Position numbers and translations under genes: made by a program. A stretch of 64,000 nucleotides of DNA, from assembly GCA_965287045.1 (NCBI GenBank), contig OZ336890.1, positions 39,556,001-39,620,000 of the forward strand, read 5' to 3'. The first letter of the stretch is position 1. Each line of letters starts with the position of its first letter. The DNA comes from Carcharhinus amblyrhynchos (Eukaryota). Under the pieces are notes generated by a model. The model did not search any database and was not told the origin of the DNA. It worked only from the letters and a program-made list of their open reading frames with translations. Shown here one piece after another: positions 58,210 to 64,000 of this stretch.

Positions 58210-59939
58210 AAGTATTAGCCTGTGCATGGGATGCCACCTTCGGTGATGGAGTTGAAGCCATCATGAGGAATGGCTACCCTGAGGATCATTAAGGGGCTGA
58301 TTGACAATTAAATTGTCAGCTAGTGTTCATTAAAGAGGTTTAATGCAATTTGGAGGATTCCACTTCATTTAATGACCTCTCCTACAGTAACCAGCGGAAC
58401 AGGAGTGAACCAGTCATTGTTGAGTATTTTGAGTGATCCTTAAAGCACAGCTCAACTTGTACTATTCACTTGCTGTTTGGGGTTGACTGATTTTGTTTGA
58501 AGGGAGCTTTTGAACACATCAGTCAATGTTCTGGGCACTTTGTTGAGATTTCATCAAATCTCAAGCTACATTTGATCCCTGCATTCTTTCATTTCTTCAT
58601 CTAAAAGACTGACTGCTCTGTTATTTAGCTTTTTAGGCATCTTACAGGTGTTGCTAAGATTGGAGAGCAGATAGAACCATACAGGAGATCATTCAGCCCG
58701 AGTCTGGACCAACTCCAAAACAGCATCTTACCAAGATCCACCCCCTTGCCCTATCACTGTAACCCTTTGCATTTACTGTGGCTAATCCACTTGACCTGCA
58801 CATCTTTGGACACTAAGGGGCAATTTAGCTTGGCTAATTCACCCAACCTGTGGGACTATGGGAGGAAACCAGAGCACCTGAAGGAAACCCAAGGATGGAA
58901 TTGAACCCAGGTCCCTGGCGCTATGAGGCAACAGGGCTAACGACTGTGCCACCCACTTCTAGATCCCCTTTGCTTTCTCCATAGCAACACCTTGACCAGA
59001 GATGGCTTACCAACCAATCAACACCTCTTTGTTCTGCCGTATAAATTGTTGCGATTGTTAGAAAGTTGGCATTCATGTGTTTTCTCGAACGACTGCAAGT
59101 TGAAAAGCTTTAACAACATGTCTCCCTTTTCAGTAATAGGCAAGGAATGGTTGTTTATGGACATCTTGCTAGAATCTCCATTTAGTCTGCAGGAGGAGGT
59201 GAGGGCCAGCCAGAGAAACACCAGCTGCTATAGGAACGAGGGACTGGGGTCTCAGGTGAGTGAGGATGGCTCTTAGCAGACAACACTCACAGGATCTTCA
59301 GAGGTCTGTACTCCTACATTGACATAAGCCATTTCAGAAGGCAGTTAAGAGTAAACTACATTATTGTGGGCCTGGAATCTTGAGTAGGCAGGCCGGATAA
59401 GAGCAGAGTTCCTTCCCTAAAGGGCATTATTCTATAAAATAATGAGAGGCAAAGATAGATAATCAACATCTTTTCCCAAAGACAGGGGAGTCTAAAACTA
59501 GGGAACATAGGTCTAAAGGGAGGGATACAAAAGGGTCCAGAGAGTTAATTTTTCACACACAGGATTGAGAGTGCCTGGAACAGTTTCCAGGGGCAGTAGT
59601 GGAGGTGGGTACTATTTTGTTTTTTAAAAAGGCATTTAGATAGTTACATGGGTAAGATGGCTAGAGAGGGATATGGGCCAAGCATGGGCAATTGGGACTG
59701 GCTTAATGGTAAAAACTGGGTGGCACGGACAAGTTGGGCCAAAGGGCCTGTTTCCATGCTGTAAACCGCTATGACACTAATGAACCAAATAGGTTTTTTA
59801 CAACAATCAATGATACTGGGATTAGCTTTCAATTCCAGATTTATTAGCTGCATGGTGGAATTTTTTACTCATCTCCCCAGACCTTTAGCCTAGGTCTTTG
59901 GACCAATCACTGGGTCCAGTGATTTCACTAAGCCAACAT

Positions 59940-60460
59940 GTCTTTCACTTGGAGGGGAATTAAGACTTGCAGGGGACCTTGCAGCTGGTGGGGTTCCCAG
60001 GCACCTGCTGCCCTTTTAGGTAGTGAAGGTTGCAGGTACTGGTGAAGGAGTCTTGGTGAGTTGCTGCACTGCATCTCTAGATGGTATACGCTACTGCCAC
60101 TGTGCATCAGTGGCGGAGTGTGTGAATATCTAAGGTGGTAGATGGGCTGCCAATCAAGCTCCTGCTTTGTCCTGGGTGATGTTGAGCTTCTTGAGTGTTG
60201 TTGGAGCTGCACCAATTCAGGCAAGTGGAGAATATTCCTATACACTCCTGACTTGTGTTTTGTAGATGGTGGATAGGCTTTTGGGGAGTCAGAAGGTGAG
60301 TTACTCACCACAGAATTCTCAGCCTCTGTCCTATTCTTGTAGCCATAGTATTGATATTGCTAGTCCAGTTCAGTTTCTGGTCAACAGTAACCCTCCAGGA
60401 TATTTATAGACAGTGGGGGATTCCGCCATGGGCTTGCTGGTGAATGTGAAGTGGGGACAA
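59940..60460 (-). mobile_element. Divergent CR1/L2-group LINE 3' fragment (related pieces at about 4270-4730 + and 61200-61560 -)
   Basis: Shared tgcagctccaacaacactcaagaagctc..catc and tgtaccatcta..agatgca.tgcagcaactcaccaag motifs across the three copies. Confidence 0.6.
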
Positions 60461-61757
60461 CTATCACATTGATTCCCCTTCGTTCTTACCTTTAATGGTT
60501 AACCAGAACTATTTGCATTATCAAGGTCACTACAAAGTGCAATCCCAGCGACAGCAGCAGGAGAGGTGGATGGCTACTGACAATCTGAAGAGGGAAGTTT
60601 ACATCCTCCTGGGACTACCTCCAGATGCTGCGGCTCCATCTCACCGTTTCTGTATGGGTTTCAGTAGCCTTCACTACCTGGCTGAACGGCAAGGACAAAG
60701 GCAATGTGGAGTGGCAGGGAGTGCAGCATCCAGGAAGAAGCCAATATGCTCCTGCACCATTATTTCCATGCCACAATCCCTCTAACCTACACATCTCAGG
60801 ACACCAAGGGGCAATTTTAGCATGGCCAATCAACTTAACCCACACGTCTTTGGACTGTGGGAGGAAACCGGAGCACCCGGAAGAAACCCACAAGGAGAAT
60901 GTGCAAATTCCACACAGTGATCCAAGCTGGGAATCGAATCCGGTTCCTGGAGCTGTGAAGCAGAGTGCAAATCACTGTCCTTCCGTGCCGGAGAGGAGAA
61001 GAGAGGAGAGAGCTAAACTTTGAAAGGGCTTCTCACAGCATCTAAGGGTGGGTAGTATATGCACCCATGCCCGCCTCACCCACGTCCCAGGAGGGGAACC
61101 ATGGTTGCAGCGGGTAGCACTAGTGATGTGTGAGGCACTGACAACTGCACCTAGCGCAGAGCGAGCGGCTCTGTGCATCAACGTAGGAAGGACCAAACGT
61201 TCAAGTTGGTGCATGGGGTGCAAATTAAGTGGGTTGCTTTGACTTGTCTGGTGTTGAGCCTCTTGAATGTTGTTGGAGCTGCACTCAATCAGGCAAGGGG
61301 AGAGTATGCCATCACACTCCAATTGTGCCTTGTAGATTGTGGACAGACCTTGAGGAGTCAGGAGGTGAATTATTCACTTCAGAATTCGCAGCTTCTGAAC
61401 TGCTCTTGTAGCCACAACATTTACGTGGCTAGTCCAGTTCAGGTGTAGATCACTGGATGTTGCTAGCAGGCAATTGCGTGATAGTAATGCCATTGAATAT
61501 CAAAGGGATATGGTTAGGTTCTCCCTTGCTGTAGATGGTCATTGCCTAGCACTTATATAGTGCAAACAATGCTTGCTGCATGTCCGAAGCCTGAAGAAAT
61601 TATACAATTGTACTTTGAGACATTTGTACATAGGGCACAAGGAACCAAGACTGAGACATTGCATTGTCAGGTTGAAAACATATATCCTCACAAGAATTCC
61701 CCACCAATGTCAACCAGTCGGTTTCATTACAAGTAAGAAAATAACGAAATGACTTAC

Positions 61758-61993
61758 CCTCTCTGGCCAATCCTCACAACTCGTAGATCTTCCCCATACT
61801 TGTTCTTGATCCATTTGATACCTTGCAACTGGGGATCAATCATAAGGGGCCAGCGTTCACAGTTGGTCAGGATGGTAGCGTTCTCGGTTGACATCCTGTC
61901 CGCAGGGAGGCCTTCATTCTGCCAGGCTGCAACATCTGCATCATCTGTCAGCATGATCAAAGGGTCCAAATCGGAAGTTATTGGTATTGGGAC
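61758..61993 (-). CDS. dnah9: Axonemal dynein heavy chain (DNAH9-like) coding exon, first of 7 in window (236 nt, phase 0 to 2)
   Basis: Acceptor ttcccatgtttag| and donor |gtaagt. Translates [78 protein letters not shown](G), containing the WPLxIDPQxQ motif at the start of dynein AAA5. Confidence 0.95.
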
Positions 61994-62696
61994 CTAAACA
62001 TGGGAAAAACATAGCTTCAGATTCACTAGCGTCAAAACCATTAAAACACACGGCTTTTCATTTCTTTCTAACAGTTGTTCTGTTTTTATCCACTTAGTCT
62101 TTTGAAGCTGATACATCTACTGCATTTCCAGAAAGTAACAGAGATGGATTTTCTGAAAGCAATCAATAAGGTTTCTCACACGAGTTTTGTTAATAACATA
62201 TGATAAATGACAGACATGAAAAGACTTGCTGCTCATTCAAACCAGCCTCGTGCATTACACGCACATAAGGCACCTTTCCCCACTCAGAGCCAGTGAAACT
62301 CCCAGAAATGAAAACCCAGGTTAATAAGGGGGGAAAGATTTGTCCAATCCATCTCCAACTCCCTGAGGTGATTGAACCTTGTACAGAAGACCCAGCTTGC
62401 ATTACAAGACTGGGACAAAGCACCAGGTTAAAGGTGCAAGGGGAAAATGCATTGGCGTATCATAGCAACTTGAACAAGAAACAAGATTGAACAAGAAACA
62501 AAGAGTTAGGGGAAGGGGGCATTGCAGTGATTCAAAAAGGGTTGGAAATGGAACACCACGGAAATTATCAGTGCTGGGTTCATTTTTCTTTAACGCACAT
62601 TAAAGACAATTAGAAATGTGGATCAGGATGGACAACCCCAAAATTTGCTAATACCACAGAAGTTGAGCGTTTGAAAAATGGGGAAGAGGACAGGAA

Positions 62697-63007
62697 TGTT
62701 ATCATGTAACCAATGGTAACATTGGAATCTGTTGTAATGTATCCAATCCTAACATGCTGTGGGGGCCAACTGACCAGCTGACCCAATAGACAATGTATCC
62801 AATGGGAAAGTGATGTGGTGGTCAGCCAACCAACCGACCCAGTATAAATAGAAAGCTAATGGGGATTGTGAGAGGCTGTGTGGCCCAGGGTGTAGGCTGA
62901 GTGTTGGTGTAATGAAGGTTCTTCATTAAACCTTTCTATTTGATTTACTTTGAGAAGTTAGCTCCTTTATTGCTTGCTACTTAATTATCCTCACTGCCAA
63001 ATGAACA
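62697..63007 (+). mobile_element. Solo LTR (TGTT...AACA) inside an old CR1 RT fragment
   Basis: TG...CA ends, CCAAT boxes, TATAAATA and an ATTAAA polyA-like signal. Related to 2105-2419. No clear target-site duplication. Confidence 0.6.
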
Positions 63008-63298
63008 TGTAAAAGACCTCAGGAATATAAAGGACAGTTTAATTTGAATGGGCCAAAGGTTGGTAGTTGTAATTTAGTGTGGAATGGTGTAGACAGTACA
63101 GCTGGGGAGGAAAAACAAGAAATGTGATTCTACCATCAACTGAAGGTATAGACCAACAAAGAGATCTCAAACTTCAAATATTTAATTCTCTGAAAGTAGA
63201 AGTGCAATAAAAAAAGCTTTTTAAAAAATATATAAACAGTAGCATTATCATTACTTCTGGAAACTAACTGATACAAGAGAGTTGTTGGAACATATTTA

Positions 63299-63415
63299 GG
63301 CTGGAATTTTACCAGCATGCCAGCCCTGATTCCAGGGGCAGGCTCAGCTCAGAGAATGGCATTCTCCGTTGGCCTCGTGCGAAACTTGGGCAGACGTGCC
63401 AGTAAAATTCCACCC
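63299..63415. mobile_element. PIF/Harbinger-type MITE
   Basis: TIRs GGCTGGAATTTTAC / GTAAAATTCCACCC (13/14) with a TTA duplication on both sides. Related TIR elements at about 19698-19778, 21860-21982, 30568-31228, 40886-41012, 42097-42258, 44668-44871 and 45604-45728. Confidence 0.75.
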
Positions 63416-64000
63416 TTAGAGTACTCTGTGCAGTTTTGGAACTCACTTTTCAAAAGGCATTAAAGAAATTGTTCAACACGATAAAGCAAGGGAAGAGAAA
63501 CTGTGGTTGTGAGGAGATTCCCAAGACATGAATTATACACACTAAGGTGGCACAGTGTCAGAGCAGTTAGCACTGCTGCCTCGCAGCGCCAGGGACCCAG
63601 GTTCAATTCCAGCCTTGGGCAACTGTCTGTGTGGAGTTTGCACATTCTCCCTGTGTCTATGTGGGTTTCCTCCAGTTTCCTCCCACAGTTCAAAGATGTG
63701 CGGGTTAGGTTGTTTGGCCATGCTAAAATTGTCCCTTAGTGTAAGGGGGGGCTAACTAGGGTAAGTAAATATGTGGGATTAAGGGGAAAGGGCCTGAGCG
63801 GAATTGTCATCAGCTCAGGTTCAATGGGCCGAATTGCCTCCTTCTGCACTGTAGGAATTCTAAGATTTCCAGTGAAAGAAAGAGGGTTAAGATAGAATTA
63901 ATAGAAGCTTTTTTTTGAATAAGGAGGATTTTGATAGGCAAGAATACAGAAAGACTTCTGGTTGGGAAGTTATGATTAAGAGTGAGAGAGGGGTTAGGAG

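Overview
Eukaryotic, repeat-dense genomic DNA, most likely from a shark or other elasmobranch. This is inferred from abundant HE1-type V-SINEs, CR1 LINEs and Penelope-like repeats, recognised from memory with no database search. The only host gene found is an axonemal dynein heavy chain (DNAH9-like) on the minus strand. Seven GT-AG exons (61758-61993, 54984-55106, 53004-53208, 42833-42997, 36229-36369, 35632-35802, 26853-26975) join in frame into 388 codons covering the post-stalk/AAA5/buttress region. No further exon was found by eye in 1-26852. The introns hold one intact, young full-length CR1 (ORF1 zinc finger + SGNH-esterase fold, ORF2 APE + RT), a ~98% identical inverted truncated copy, many older CR1/L2/Rex1 fragments, about 25 V-SINE copies or fragments, solo LTRs, PIF/Harbinger remnants and MITEs, and Penelope-like inverted repeats with minimal hammerhead ribozyme motifs. 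The most striking signal is at the CR1 ORF1/ORF2 junction. A canonical U_UUA_AAC slippery heptamer sits in ORF1 frame immediately before the ORF1 stop, ORF2 is open in the -1 frame across it, and a G-quadruplex-capable tract starts 6 nt downstream. This is a candidate programmed -1 ribosomal frameshift giving a gag-pol-like ORF1-ORF2 fusion in a LINE. Boundaries of degenerate repeats are approximate.
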